Assembly: GCA_964389905.1 (NCBI GenBank)
Contig: CAYMGD010000006.1
Span: 1,826-65,825, forward strand
Direction of reading: 5' to 3'
DNA from: an uncultured Coprobacillus sp.
GTDB lineage: Bacteria > Bacillota_I > Bacilli_A > ML615J-28 > CAG-698
Length of the DNA stretch: 64,000 nt
Made by a program: the position numbers and the translations under genes. Shown here piece by piece: positions 1 to 8,519 of this stretch (the stretch's first letter is position 1; each line of letters opens with the position of its first letter). Under the pieces are notes generated by a model. It searched no databases. It had not been told where the DNA came from and saw only the letters and a program-made list of their open reading frames with translations.

Positions 1-1029
1 ATTATTATATGCTTCTTGAGCATTTTTAGCATCAGCTAAAATATGATAGAAGAAATCGCCACCATGACCATCTACACATGAAGATGCAATAATAATAACT
101 CCATTATCATTAACGCATGCTTCACCAGCCGATAAACCTTTTACTGTTTGATACATGTTTTGATCTAAAGGATATCCGCCATTAGATGTAATAACTATAT
201 CAGATTTAACTGCATCCACTTTAGCAAGGGACATTACAAACTCACATCCCATATGATGAGCTTCTTCTAAATTACCAGCAAAAGCATTAATAATTTTCTT
301 TTCGCTATTTATTACTACATTTAGTATAAATGCAAGATTTGCTTGTTTTGCAGCAAAAACCATATCTTTATGAATAGGATTTTCATCCAAGCTACCAGCT
401 CGAGAAAATGGCGATGAAATAAATTTAGCATTATGATTCCATAAAACTGTTTTTTTAGAAGCAATTCCTGGCAAAACAGATTTTCTTCCTCCCGAAAAGC
501 CTGCGAAGAAATGGGGTTCAATGAATCCTTCAGATATAAGTAAATCTGCTTCATCAACTAGTTTATTAAGCCATAACTCACCACCTGATGGTAAGATGCC
601 TTTAAAAACCATACCTTCATCACAATAAGCATTATGAATAACTATTTCTTCTTCAGCAACTATTTTCTCACCATATTTTGCAACTAATTCTTCATGAGTT
701 GTTGGGCGGTGCATACCTGTAGCAATTAGAATTGTAATTTTTGCTTCAGGATTAGTCTTTCGAATTGTTTTTAAATATATTGGCATTGTAATGTGACTAG
801 GAACAGGTCTTGTGTGGTCACTAGAAATTATAACAATATGTTTCTTTCCTTTAACCATTTCTTCTAGTTTTAGCGAACCGATAGGATTTTCTAAAGCTTT
901 CTCCACAAGTTCTTCTTCGCTCATTAGTGGTTTATAACTTTCTGTTTTTGATGTTAAAACTGCATTAACTCTTTCTTCATTTAACTCAAGATTTAAATGA
1001 GACTTATAATAAGGTATTTCCAATAACAT
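1..1029 (-). CDS. larA: LarA-family nickel-pincer-cofactor dependent 2-hydroxyacid racemase/epimerase. This is the N-terminal 343 codons; the 3' end runs off the window.
   Basis: The gene is absent from the ORF track because it has no stop in the window. My translation from the ATG at 1029 reads MLLEIPYYKSHLNLELNEERVNAVL... Family motifs present are SSDHTRPVPS, ATGMHRPTT and EPHFFAGFSGGRKSVLPG. An AAGGAG RBS lies at 1039-1044. Confidence 0.8.
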   Translation of the reverse strand, partial: MLLEIPYYKSHLNLELNEERVNAVLTSKTESYKPLMSEEELVEKALENPIGSLKLEEMVKGKKHIVIISSDHTRPVPSHITMPIYLKTIRKTNPEAKITILIATGMHRPTTHEELVAKYGEKIVAEEEIVIHNAYCDEGMVFKGILPSGGELWLNKLVDEADLLISEGFIEPHFFAGFSGGRKSVLPGIASKKTVLWNHNAKFISSPFSRAGSLDENPIHKDMVFAAKQANLAFILNVVINSEKKIINAFAGNLEEAHHMGCEFVMSLAKVDAVKSDIVITSNGGYPLDQNMYQTVKGLSAGEACVNDNGVIIIASSCVDGHGGDFFYHILADAKNAQEAYNN

Positions 1030-1106
1030 TTTTTTAATCTCCTTGTATAATTAATAAAGCGCATAGAAAAATATCTATACGCCTTTTTTGTCCTCTAGTT
1101 TATTAT

Positions 1107-2297
1107 TTATATTCTGGCTACACCAGATTTTCTTGCTGCTTCAGCAACAGCTTTAGCAACAGTTTTACCAACTCTTGGATCAAATGCAAGAGGCATAATA
1201 TTTTCTGGATTTAATTCTTCATCAGAAACTAAGCTTGCAATTGCTTTTGATGCAGCAATTTGCATTTCATCATTAATATCCTTAGCTCTAACATCAAATG
1301 CACCTCTAAAGATTCCAGGAAATGCTAATACATTATTGATTTGGTTAGGAAAATCACTTCTACCAGTACCAACAATAAATGCTCCAGCCTTTTTAGCTAA
1401 GTCAGGCATAATTTCAGGCTCTGGATTAGCCATTGGGAATACAATTGGTTTGTCAGCCATTGATTTAATCATTTCTTCAGTAACTAAACGTGGGCGAGAA
1501 ACACCAACGAATACATCAGCGCCTTTCATCGCATCAGCAAGTTTACCTTTTCTATTATTGATATTTGTCTTCTTAGCCATTTCAGCATGAGCAGGATTAG
1601 TATATTCTTCATCTCTATTGATGATACCATTGATATCAACCATAATTAAATCTTTGATGCCAAGTGATAATAAGAATTTACCAATTGCACAGCCTGCAGC
1701 ACCAGCTCCATTTATAACAACTGTTAAATCTTCTACTTTCTTGTTAGCGCATTTTGCAGCATTAATCATTGCCGCACCAACAACGATAGCTGTTCCATGT
1801 TGGTCATCATGAAATACTGGAATATCACATATTTCTTTTAATTTTGCTTCAATTTCGAAACATCTTGGAGCAGCGATATCTTCAAGGTTGATACCTCCAA
1901 AACTTCCTGAAATTAGATAAATTGTTCTAACAATTTCATCAACATCTTTACTCTTAATACAAATAGGAAATGCATCAACATCAGCAAAAGCTTTAAATAA
2001 TGCGCATTTACCTTCCATTACTGGCATACCAGCTTCAGGACCAATATCACCTAAACCAAGTACAGCAGTACCATCAGTTATAACTGCACACATATTCCAT
2101 CTACGTGTTAATTCATATGATTTATTAATATCTTTTTGAATTTCTAAGCAAGGTTGTGCTACACCTGGAGTATAAGCTATTGATAAGTCATGTCTATCTT
2201 TAATATCAACTGTTGTAACAACTTCTATTTTACCCTTTTTTTGTTCATGGAAACGTAAACTTTCCTCTGCAATTGTCATTTTCTTTTCTTCTGCCAT
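1107..2297 (-). CDS. NAD(P)-dependent malic enzyme (short form, 396 aa)
   Basis: The ORF-track protein has the malic-enzyme N-terminal and NAD-binding domains ([33 protein letters not shown]). Confidence 0.9.
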   Translation of the reverse strand: MAEEKKMTIAEESLRFHEQKKGKIEVVTTVDIKDRHDLSIAYTPGVAQPCLEIQKDINKSYELTRRWNMCAVITDGTAVLGLGDIGPEAGMPVMEGKCALFKAFADVDAFPICIKSKDVDEIVRTIYLISGSFGGINLEDIAAPRCFEIEAKLKEICDIPVFHDDQHGTAIVVGAAMINAAKCANKKVEDLTVVINGAGAAGCAIGKFLLSLGIKDLIMVDINGIINRDEEYTNPAHAEMAKKTNINNRKGKLADAMKGADVFVGVSRPRLVTEEMIKSMADKPIVFPMANPEPEIMPDLAKKAGAFIVGTGRSDFPNQINNVLAFPGIFRGAFDVRAKDINDEMQIAASKAIASLVSDEELNPENIMPLAFDPRVGKTVAKAVAEAARKSGVARI

Positions 2298-2311
2298 TGT
2301 TATATCCTTTC

Positions 2312-3436
2312 TTAGTAATTATTTTTAAACATATTTGTATTTGAAGCTTCAAAATCACCAAAGTATTTCTTTGGATCAATTCCAACAAACTTAGCAAATT
2401 CAATCATTTCCACAACTGTATTTTCGTTTACTGGAATACCATTTTTCTTACGATCTGCAACAGCTGCAACTTCTTTTTCACCATGAGTATATATTCTTGG
2501 TTGTCCATCAGCTTTTGGACTTTCTCTTAATTCTTCTAAGAATGTTGAGAAATGTTTCTTAATATCTTCAGGATTTCCAAAATATGCTGGATTAATTGCC
2601 ATAAATGAATGACAAGTTCCACTCTTGCTTCCTTGATTAACTTTATTTGAAGTTAAGCCTTGAGATAAAATTGAGCAGAAAAATTCACAAACCATTCCCC
2701 AGCCATATCCTTTATGACTACCACTTTGTTCTTTAGAACCACCTAATGGCATAATTCCACCACCATTTTTAGCAACGATATTTTTCAAAACATCAGGAGC
2801 ATTTGTTGAATCGTGGCCATCTTTATCTAAAGCCCAACCTTCAGGAAGAGGTTTGCCCATCTTATTGTACATTTCAAGTTTCCCTCTAGTAACAACAGTT
2901 GTTGAAGCATCAAAGAAGAATGGATAAGGCTCAGCAGGTGCAGCCATAGCAATTGGATTTGAACCAATCATTGCTAAACGTCCAAATGTTGGAACCATAA
3001 TTGCTTCACTATTAGTAGCACTAAAACCGATTAAACCTTCTTTACATGCCATTTGAGCATAATATCCAGCAATACCATAATGGTTAGAATTCTTAACAGT
3101 AACAATACCTACACCATTATTTTTAGCTTTTTCAATTGCAAGTTCCATTGCTTTATGACTAACTAATTGTCCCATTCCATCATGAGCATCAATAACAGCA
3201 GAAACTGGTGTCTCGAAAACGATTTCAGGTTTAGCATCAATTTTAATTAATCCCTTTTCAATTCCTTTATGATAACGTACTAATCTTTGCATTCCATGTG
3301 ATTCAATTCCATATAAATCACTTGTCATAAGTACTTCTGTAATAATTTTGCTTTCATCAGCAGTAAATCCTATTTTTTGGAAAGCTTCCAAACAAAAGTT
3401 TTCAAGCATATCGCTTTTATAAACTACATATCCCAT
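2312..3436 (-). CDS. Ldh_2 family (malate/L-lactate dehydrogenase type 2) oxidoreductase
   Basis: Motifs HGMQRLVRY and NSNHYGIAGYY are present. I moved the start to the internal ATG (MGYVVYK) at 3436, which is preceded by an AAAGGA RBS. Confidence 0.8.
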   Translation of the reverse strand: MGYVVYKSDMLENFCLEAFQKIGFTADESKIITEVLMTSDLYGIESHGMQRLVRYHKGIEKGLIKIDAKPEIVFETPVSAVIDAHDGMGQLVSHKAMELAIEKAKNNGVGIVTVKNSNHYGIAGYYAQMACKEGLIGFSATNSEAIMVPTFGRLAMIGSNPIAMAAPAEPYPFFFDASTTVVTRGKLEMYNKMGKPLPEGWALDKDGHDSTNAPDVLKNIVAKNGGGIMPLGGSKEQSGSHKGYGWGMVCEFFCSILSQGLTSNKVNQGSKSGTCHSFMAINPAYFGNPEDIKKHFSTFLEELRESPKADGQPRIYTHGEKEVAAVADRKKNGIPVNENTVVEMIEFAKFVGIDPKKYFGDFEASNTNMFKNNY

Positions 3437-3592
3437 AATATAAATCCTTTCTTTGGTAGAAATTAGTTTAACTACCATATATTGTAATTATACTACAATA
3501 ATGTTAAAAAAGCAATTTATAGAAAAATAATTTTCAATAATTTGTTACAGAGCCCATTATAAAAGGGCTGACATAAAATCAACCCATATATA

Positions 3593-4918
3593 TTAATATT
3601 TATATTTTTTCTTTAATATTATTAACAATGTTAATGTAACAATAAGAGCTAATCCCTCAGCAACTACTATTGAAAACCAAATTCCGTTTAAGCCAAAAAT
3701 AAGTGGTAAAATTATTAAAGAAGCTAGTTGGAATAAAAATGTTCTCAAGAAAGATATAAGTGCTGAAATGAAGCCATCGTTTAAGGCTGTAAAGAATGAT
3801 GAACCATATATAGTAAAACCAGATACTAAGAAAGATAGTGAATAAATCTTAAAGGCTTTATTTGTCATATTTAATAAATTCTCATCATAAGATGCAAATA
3901 TTAAAGTAAATGGTTTTGAAAGTGTTTCCCCCGCTATAAACATTATAAGTGAAAAGATACTAATAATTACTAAACTTTTCTTCAACACACTTTTTAGTTC
4001 TTCATTATTATTAGAACCATAATTATAACTTACTATTGGAGAAGACCCAACAGAATAGCCAATAAATACAGCTTGGAAAATCATGCTTATATACATAACT
4101 ACTCCATAAGCTGCAATACCATCTTCTCCTGCATATTGCATAAGCTGATAATTAAAAATCATTCCAACGATTGAAGCGGAAACATTGCTCATAAACTCTG
4201 AAGAACCATTTGTACATGTTTTTAAAATAATTTTACCATTAAATTTAAACTTACCAAGTTTTAATAAACTTGTGTTTTTTCTTGCAAAATAAATAAGAGG
4301 AATAACACCACCAACAAACTGACTCATTGCTGTAGCAATTGCTGCACCAGCCAAGCCCCATTTAAAGACTAAAATAAACACAGCATCAAGCACCATATTT
4401 GTGCAACCCGAAATAGCAGTAACATATAATCCTAATTTAGGTTTTTCAGCGGTAGCAAATAAACATTGGAATTCATATTGCATCACATAAAAAGGTAAAG
4501 CCAAAAGTATTATTCGGCCATAAACCACAGAATATTCAAGCATATCCCCCTCTGCACCTAAAAGCATTGCAATTGGTTCCAAGAAAACAATTCCTAAAAG
4601 AGATAAAACAATCGCAACAAGAATAGATACATAAACAATCGATGAAAAATACTCATTTGCTTTTTCTTTGTTTCCTTCACCAATTGTTTTTGATATTAAA
4701 GCTCCTCCACCTGTTCCAAACATAAAACCAACACAACCTAAAACTAGAAGCACTGGCATAATGAAATTTACAGCTGTAAATTCTGTTTTTCCTACATAAT
4801 TTGACACGAAAAATCCATCAACTATTCCATATATTGATGAAAACACTAGCATAATAATAGAAGATATCGTAAATCGCATCAACTTGCCATAACTAAAGTG
4901 ATCTGACAACTTAATCAT
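3593..4918 (-). CDS. MATE family efflux transporter
   Basis: The 441-aa protein has about 12 predicted TM segments and a typical MATE N-terminus (FTISSIIMLVFSSIYGIVDGFFVSNYVG). Confidence 0.85.
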   Translation of the reverse strand: MIKLSDHFSYGKLMRFTISSIIMLVFSSIYGIVDGFFVSNYVGKTEFTAVNFIMPVLLVLGCVGFMFGTGGGALISKTIGEGNKEKANEYFSSIVYVSILVAIVLSLLGIVFLEPIAMLLGAEGDMLEYSVVYGRIILLALPFYVMQYEFQCLFATAEKPKLGLYVTAISGCTNMVLDAVFILVFKWGLAGAAIATAMSQFVGGVIPLIYFARKNTSLLKLGKFKFNGKIILKTCTNGSSEFMSNVSASIVGMIFNYQLMQYAGEDGIAAYGVVMYISMIFQAVFIGYSVGSSPIVSYNYGSNNNEELKSVLKKSLVIISIFSLIMFIAGETLSKPFTLIFASYDENLLNMTNKAFKIYSLSFLVSGFTIYGSSFFTALNDGFISALISFLRTFLFQLASLIILPLIFGLNGIWFSIVVAEGLALIVTLTLLIILKKKYKY

Positions 4919-4986
4919 AAACTCCTCCTCTAAAGAGTAAACATTTTGAATATTATCCCCTTAGTTACACATTCATATATTTATTC

Positions 4987-5427
4987 TCAATGTAACTCTT
5001 TTACTTTTTTTTTGAAATCATTCAAATATTTTTCGGTAAGAAAAAGATATGTTTTAACATCTTCTTCACTCCAGGCGTCAAGGATTTCATTTTCTATCGT
5101 TATAAGCTTTAAAGCTGTATTTTTTGTTATTTCTTTGCCTTTTGATGTCAAATGAACCTTTTTGCCCTTCTTCTCACTTTGAGTAAGATAAACTATATCC
5201 TCTCTTTCAAGATTTCTGATTGATGAATTGATTGTTTGTTTGCTTAAACCAGATTTCAAGCATATATCTTTTAGTTGGCATTCATCACCACTTTCGCAAA
5301 TTGCATAAAGTATTCTCATAGCACTATCAGATATATTAAGTTTTAAATTAATTGAATGATATGAAGAATCAAGTTCACCAAGCAATTGATTATATTTCCT
5401 ATTTTCATTAGAAAAATAATTTGTCAT
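4987..5427 (-). CDS. MarR family transcriptional regulator
   Basis: The 146-aa protein has a winged-HTH region (QLKDICLKSGLSKQTINSSIRNLEREDIVYL) and lies upstream of the MATE pump on the same strand. Confidence 0.85.
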   Translation of the reverse strand: MTNYFSNENRKYNQLLGELDSSYHSINLKLNISDSAMRILYAICESGDECQLKDICLKSGLSKQTINSSIRNLEREDIVYLTQSEKKGKKVHLTSKGKEITKNTALKLITIENEILDAWSEEDVKTYLFLTEKYLNDFKKKVKELH

Positions 5428-5439
5428 AACACCTCCATA

Positions 5440-5486
5440 TAGTATGAAATCATACTAATTATAGTATGATTTCGGACTTTTTACAA
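5440..5486 (-). promoter_or_regulatory. marR promoter (TTGTAA-N17-TATAAT) with an embedded perfect 12-4-12 palindrome, the probable MarR operator
   Basis: GAAATCATACTA (5446-5457), ATTA, TAGTATGATTTC (5462-5473). A third TAGTATGA half-site lies at 5440-5447. The -10 is at 5458-5463 and the -35 at 5481-5486. Confidence 0.55.
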
Positions 5487-5549
5487 TATGAAAATGATTT
5501 CAATATTTTTATAAATATACTATTTGTCTTCTTCTAGTTTTATAAAAAA

Positions 5550-5743
5550 CTAACTAGGCATAAATACTGGTATAGGCGATTTAAGATAATTGTTGTTATT
5601 TCTTGTTACGATGCAATCTACTTTAGAATTAATTTCTGCTTGAATCATAACAAGTTTATTAATGATAAAACGGCATTTGATATCATTATAAAGATTAATT
5701 TGCTGAAATCAATTATAATATATGTGTCAAGAAGTACCCTCAT
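5550..5743 (-). pseudogene. Remnant of a PIN-domain (VapC-type) toxin, with an internal deletion and a frameshift
   Basis: The ATG at 5743 overlaps the antitoxin stop (ATGA). It gives MRVLLDTYIIIDF..., a PIN N-terminus, and stops after 32 codons. A second frame gives ...MIQAEINSKVDCIVTRNNNNYLKSPIPVFMPS*, a PIN C-terminus. The total is only about 64 codons, against about 130 for an intact PIN domain. Confidence 0.55.
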
Positions 5744-5955
5744 ATTCTATCAACTTTTTCTTTTCTCGCTTCTTCTAATGTAATATCATCAGGAATAATT
5801 TCAAATAACGATTTTGCCATATCAACGCGTTCTTGAAAAGGATTTGTAAGTTTAGCAATAATTTTTCCATTTTTGGTAATAAAAATTTCTTCTTGTTGAG
5901 AAAGTAAAAGATATTTTGATAAATTTAATTTAAGTTCAGTTGAAGTTATATACAT
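5740..5955 (-). CDS. Phd/YefM family type II antitoxin
   Basis: The 71-aa protein MYITSTELKLNLSKYLLLSQQEEIFITKNGKIIAKLTNPF matches the Phd/YefM N-terminal pattern. An AGGAG RBS is present. Confidence 0.75.
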   Translation of the reverse strand: MYITSTELKLNLSKYLLLSQQEEIFITKNGKIIAKLTNPFQERVDMAKSLFEIIPDDITLEEARKEKVDRI

Positions 5956-5982
5956 ATTTAATGACTCCTCTTATCTAACAAA

Positions 5983-6011
5983 ATTATAATATAATAGTTC
6001 AAAATTATCAA
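5983..6011 (-). promoter_or_regulatory. Promoter of the antitoxin gene (TTGATA-N17-TATAAT)
   Basis: The -35 is at 6006-6011 and the -10 at 5983-5988, read on the minus strand. Confidence 0.5.
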
Positions 6012-6054
6012 TACATTAATACATTTTATATTGACATACATTAATACATTTTAT
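6011..6054 (-). repeat. Two perfect 19-bp direct repeats (ATACATTAATACATTTTAT) with a 25-bp period, abutting the antitoxin -35; a candidate operator
   Basis: The copies are at 6011-6029 and 6036-6054. Each contains a TAATGTAT doublet on the minus strand. The second copy overlaps the stop codon of the GLUG protein gene. Confidence 0.9.
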
Positions 6055-8123
6055 TGAGGATAACTTGTCACTACTTCAACATTTTCTATTGTTGAGTTAA
6101 CATCTTCTAATTCTTTACCATATAAATGCCCTACCCAAAAATTCTTTTCTTTTTGTGTGCTGTTCCAGGTTAAACCGTCAGTATATAGTTTTATATTATT
6201 AGCTTTGCAGTTTTCCACGTTTACATCTACTATTCCTAATCCAAATATTATTCCAGCTGTAGCATTATCACCACCAAAGAAACAATCACTTATTTCTGAA
6301 TTTTTGAATACTTGTTTTGCACCTTCAGCATATCCGATTAATCCTCCGCATTGCCAGTTGTTAATTATTGTTGAATTAGTGACTTTTATGTTATCAATTG
6401 TAACATTAGCATAATTCTTACCAATTAAAACACTAGCATATGTTTGACTTTTATTTTCTTTGGTTTTTATGTATGCTTTATCAAATGTTAAGTTTTTGAT
6501 TTCAAAGCTTGAACTATTGCGTGATATAAATCCACCATTTTCAACATCACTTATGTACATATTTGAAATTGTTTTATTATTACCATTTATAACTGTTCCC
6601 GTAATAGCTCCGTTCCATCCGTCTATTTGTAGCCATGTTCTTGATGACAAATCAATATCTCTCATAATATTAACAGTTTTATTTTTAAAATCACCTTCAT
6701 TTATTTTTTCTGATAGCAAGAACAAACCTTTCATTGTATAAACATTATAAGTATCATCATTAACTTTAATATTAGCTTCATAATCTATTTTATTATTGGT
6801 GTTAGTTATAATTCCTTGACTTTCTGATTCATATTCTCCGAAAGCTGCATCATTTTGTAAGAAATAATTGCCATAAATAAAGCCAGTAAAAGAGTTATCT
6901 GTAATTTGTATTTCGTCACTAGTATAATTAATTGCACCAGCAATAGCACCAATATAACATTTATCATCTGCTTTTAAGGTATTAATAGTTGTATCATTAA
7001 GAGTATTATCTTTAATGATATTACCAGAAGCAACTACTCCTGCTATGCCACCACATTTACTATTTCCTTCAATGTTAACATTTATTTCGCAATCAGAAAC
7101 TTTATTAGCACCAACTCCCATTTTCCCACAAATTCCTCCTATATATTCATTTCCTTTGATTATTCTTTCTTCGTCATCTTTACCTGTTATCATACATTTG
7201 CTTATTTTAATAGTTTCATTTTCCCCACAAATGCCTCCAACATTATTGTTTCCAGAAACTAATACATTTCCTTTTACTGTTATATTTGCTATTTCATCTG
7301 CTTCTGACTTTCCAGCAATTACACCAACATTATCTTTTCCAGAAATAGATATATTCTCAATATTAATATTCTTTACAGTAGAATTCTTTCCTAATATACC
7401 AAAAATACCAACATTATCATCGCTAGACTTAATAATTATTCCTTTAATTGTATGATTTAAGCCATCAAAATATCCATTGAATTTGCCACCGTAATACTCT
7501 AAATTTTCCTCAAAAGTAATATCATTATGTAGTTTTACTTTTATAATATTAATATTATTATTTTTTATTGATTTCATAAAAAGTATAAAATCATCTTTTG
7601 TATATATTCCTAATTCTTCTTTTTCTAAGTCTTTATCGTCATTCGTTTTGTTAACATTTATAGTAATATCCCCTGAATATGTTTTAGTAAAATTAACTGT
7701 TACATCGTATTCGTTTGTGCCAGTTGTTTTGTGCCAAGACGAATAAGCATTCATTCCAATATAGTCTTTCCCATCAATATTTATATTTATTGCTTCGGAT
7801 AAATTATTTGCAATTATTAAAGATATTTGATAATCTTTTTCGTCCTTATAAGTACTTAAAATTGAAACTTTAAATGTTACTTTATTGTTTTCGTTTGCAT
7901 TTGTTATGGTTATTTTATTATTCAATAATGATAAATAACTATTTGATGATATTTCATTATCATTTTCATAAATTTTTAAATCACTTATTTGTAGATTAAT
8001 TTCACCTTTTTTATTATTTGTACATAGTTTATAACCAATTATAGTTAATAGTATAATTAAAGCTATACCAACAATAATATAAATTAGAAATTCTTTTTTT
8101 TGAAATATTTTATTTTTTTTCAT
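6051..8123 (-). CDS. Membrane-anchored surface protein with GLUG-motif beta-helix repeats
   Basis: The 690-aa protein has an N-terminal TM anchor (FLIYIIVGIALIILLTIIGY). It carries repeated G-x-x-x-V/I-G-G-I-x-G units (NVGVIAGKS, NNVGGICGEN, YIGGICGKM, SKCGGIAGVV, QCGGLIGYA). Confidence 0.7.
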   Translation of the reverse strand: MKKNKIFQKKEFLIYIIVGIALIILLTIIGYKLCTNNKKGEINLQISDLKIYENDNEISSNSYLSLLNNKITITNANENNKVTFKVSILSTYKDEKDYQISLIIANNLSEAININIDGKDYIGMNAYSSWHKTTGTNEYDVTVNFTKTYSGDITINVNKTNDDKDLEKEELGIYTKDDFILFMKSIKNNNINIIKVKLHNDITFEENLEYYGGKFNGYFDGLNHTIKGIIIKSSDDNVGIFGILGKNSTVKNINIENISISGKDNVGVIAGKSEADEIANITVKGNVLVSGNNNVGGICGENETIKISKCMITGKDDEERIIKGNEYIGGICGKMGVGANKVSDCEINVNIEGNSKCGGIAGVVASGNIIKDNTLNDTTINTLKADDKCYIGAIAGAINYTSDEIQITDNSFTGFIYGNYFLQNDAAFGEYESESQGIITNTNNKIDYEANIKVNDDTYNVYTMKGLFLLSEKINEGDFKNKTVNIMRDIDLSSRTWLQIDGWNGAITGTVINGNNKTISNMYISDVENGGFISRNSSSFEIKNLTFDKAYIKTKENKSQTYASVLIGKNYANVTIDNIKVTNSTIINNWQCGGLIGYAEGAKQVFKNSEISDCFFGGDNATAGIIFGLGIVDVNVENCKANNIKLYTDGLTWNSTQKEKNFWVGHLYGKELEDVNSTIENVEVVTSYPQ

Positions 8124-8174
8124 TATATAATCTCCTTTATATTACTATTATTAACCAAAAATATAAAATTATTA

Positions 8175-8217
8175 AAAAATGAAAAAAGCTTATAAAGATA
8201 TTATCCTTATAAACTTT
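8175..8217 (-). terminator. Intrinsic terminator after the small membrane protein gene
   Basis: A 13-bp stem AAAGTTTATAAGG/CTTTATAAGCTTT is followed by TTTTCATTTTTT on the minus strand. Confidence 0.7.
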
Positions 8218-8223
8218 GTTTTT

Positions 8224-8253
8224 CATATTTGCTATTTGCATATTTGCTATTTG
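8224..8253 (-). repeat. Tandem duplication of a 15-mer (CATATTTGCTATTTG x2) spanning the stop codon of the 82-aa gene
   Basis: Read directly from the sequence; the copies are at 8224-8238 and 8239-8253. Confidence 0.9.
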
Positions 8254-8495
8254 CAAAGGAAGAAATGTCCAAACAATAGTACCCAGAAGAAATCAATCCA
8301 TCCAAATACTAAACCTCCAAATAATGAAATAACAGCTAGAATTAAATTAATAATTCCTCCTTCGTTAAAAAACTTTTCCCAACGTGCCACAATTTCACAA
8401 ATCCAGTTTACAAATGGTATCAATAGTAGTACTAGACGAACTAGTAAACCTTGATCATTAAACCATTTTCTAAAGTCATTACTTTTTTTAGCCAT
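8247..8495 (-). CDS. Small membrane protein (82 aa, 2 TM), function unknown
   Basis: The ORF track shows two hydrophobic helices. The gene lies 25 nt downstream of the formimidoyltransferase-cyclodeaminase gene on the same strand. Confidence 0.6.
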   Translation of the reverse strand: MAKKSNDFRKWFNDQGLLVRLVLLLIPFVNWICEIVARWEKFFNEGGIINLILAVISLFGGLVFGWIDFFWVLLFGHFFLCK

Positions 8496-8519
8496 AATAA
8501 TTTCTCCTTTATTATATTT

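Noticed and set aside
321-557. A 78-aa minus-strand ORF from the track.
   Set aside because: It is out of frame within the LarA-type coding region. That region is open in another frame from 1029 to the window edge and carries the family motifs.
1336-1812. Plus-strand ORFs (84 aa and 64 aa) antisense to the malic enzyme gene. The same pattern occurs at 6157-7455, 8572-9891, 21918-22508, 41567-42667, 44884-45276, 46070-46348, 55609-58916, 60138-60455 and 61545-61868.
   Set aside because: All lie antisense to ORFs with clear family signatures. They lack RBSs and encode low-complexity Ser/Ile/Phe/Leu-rich products, as expected from reverse-reading AT-rich genes.
3437-3478. N-terminal extensions in the ORF track for several genes: Ldh_2, mraZ (13137-13169), the aminotransferase (16787-16807), aroC (34655-34681), trmH (36743-36826), Cof (40463-40546), the 174-aa ORF (43757-43810), CNNM (46453-46464), the ABC exporter (55080-55097) and CmpB (60425-60469).
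   Set aside because: Internal ATGs with proper RBS spacing match the conserved family N-termini. Several track starts are GTG or TTG with no SD, or overlap upstream genes.
6011-6054. A CRISPR array.
   Set aside because: Only two 19-bp repeats with a 6-bp spacer are present. There are no cas genes anywhere in the window.
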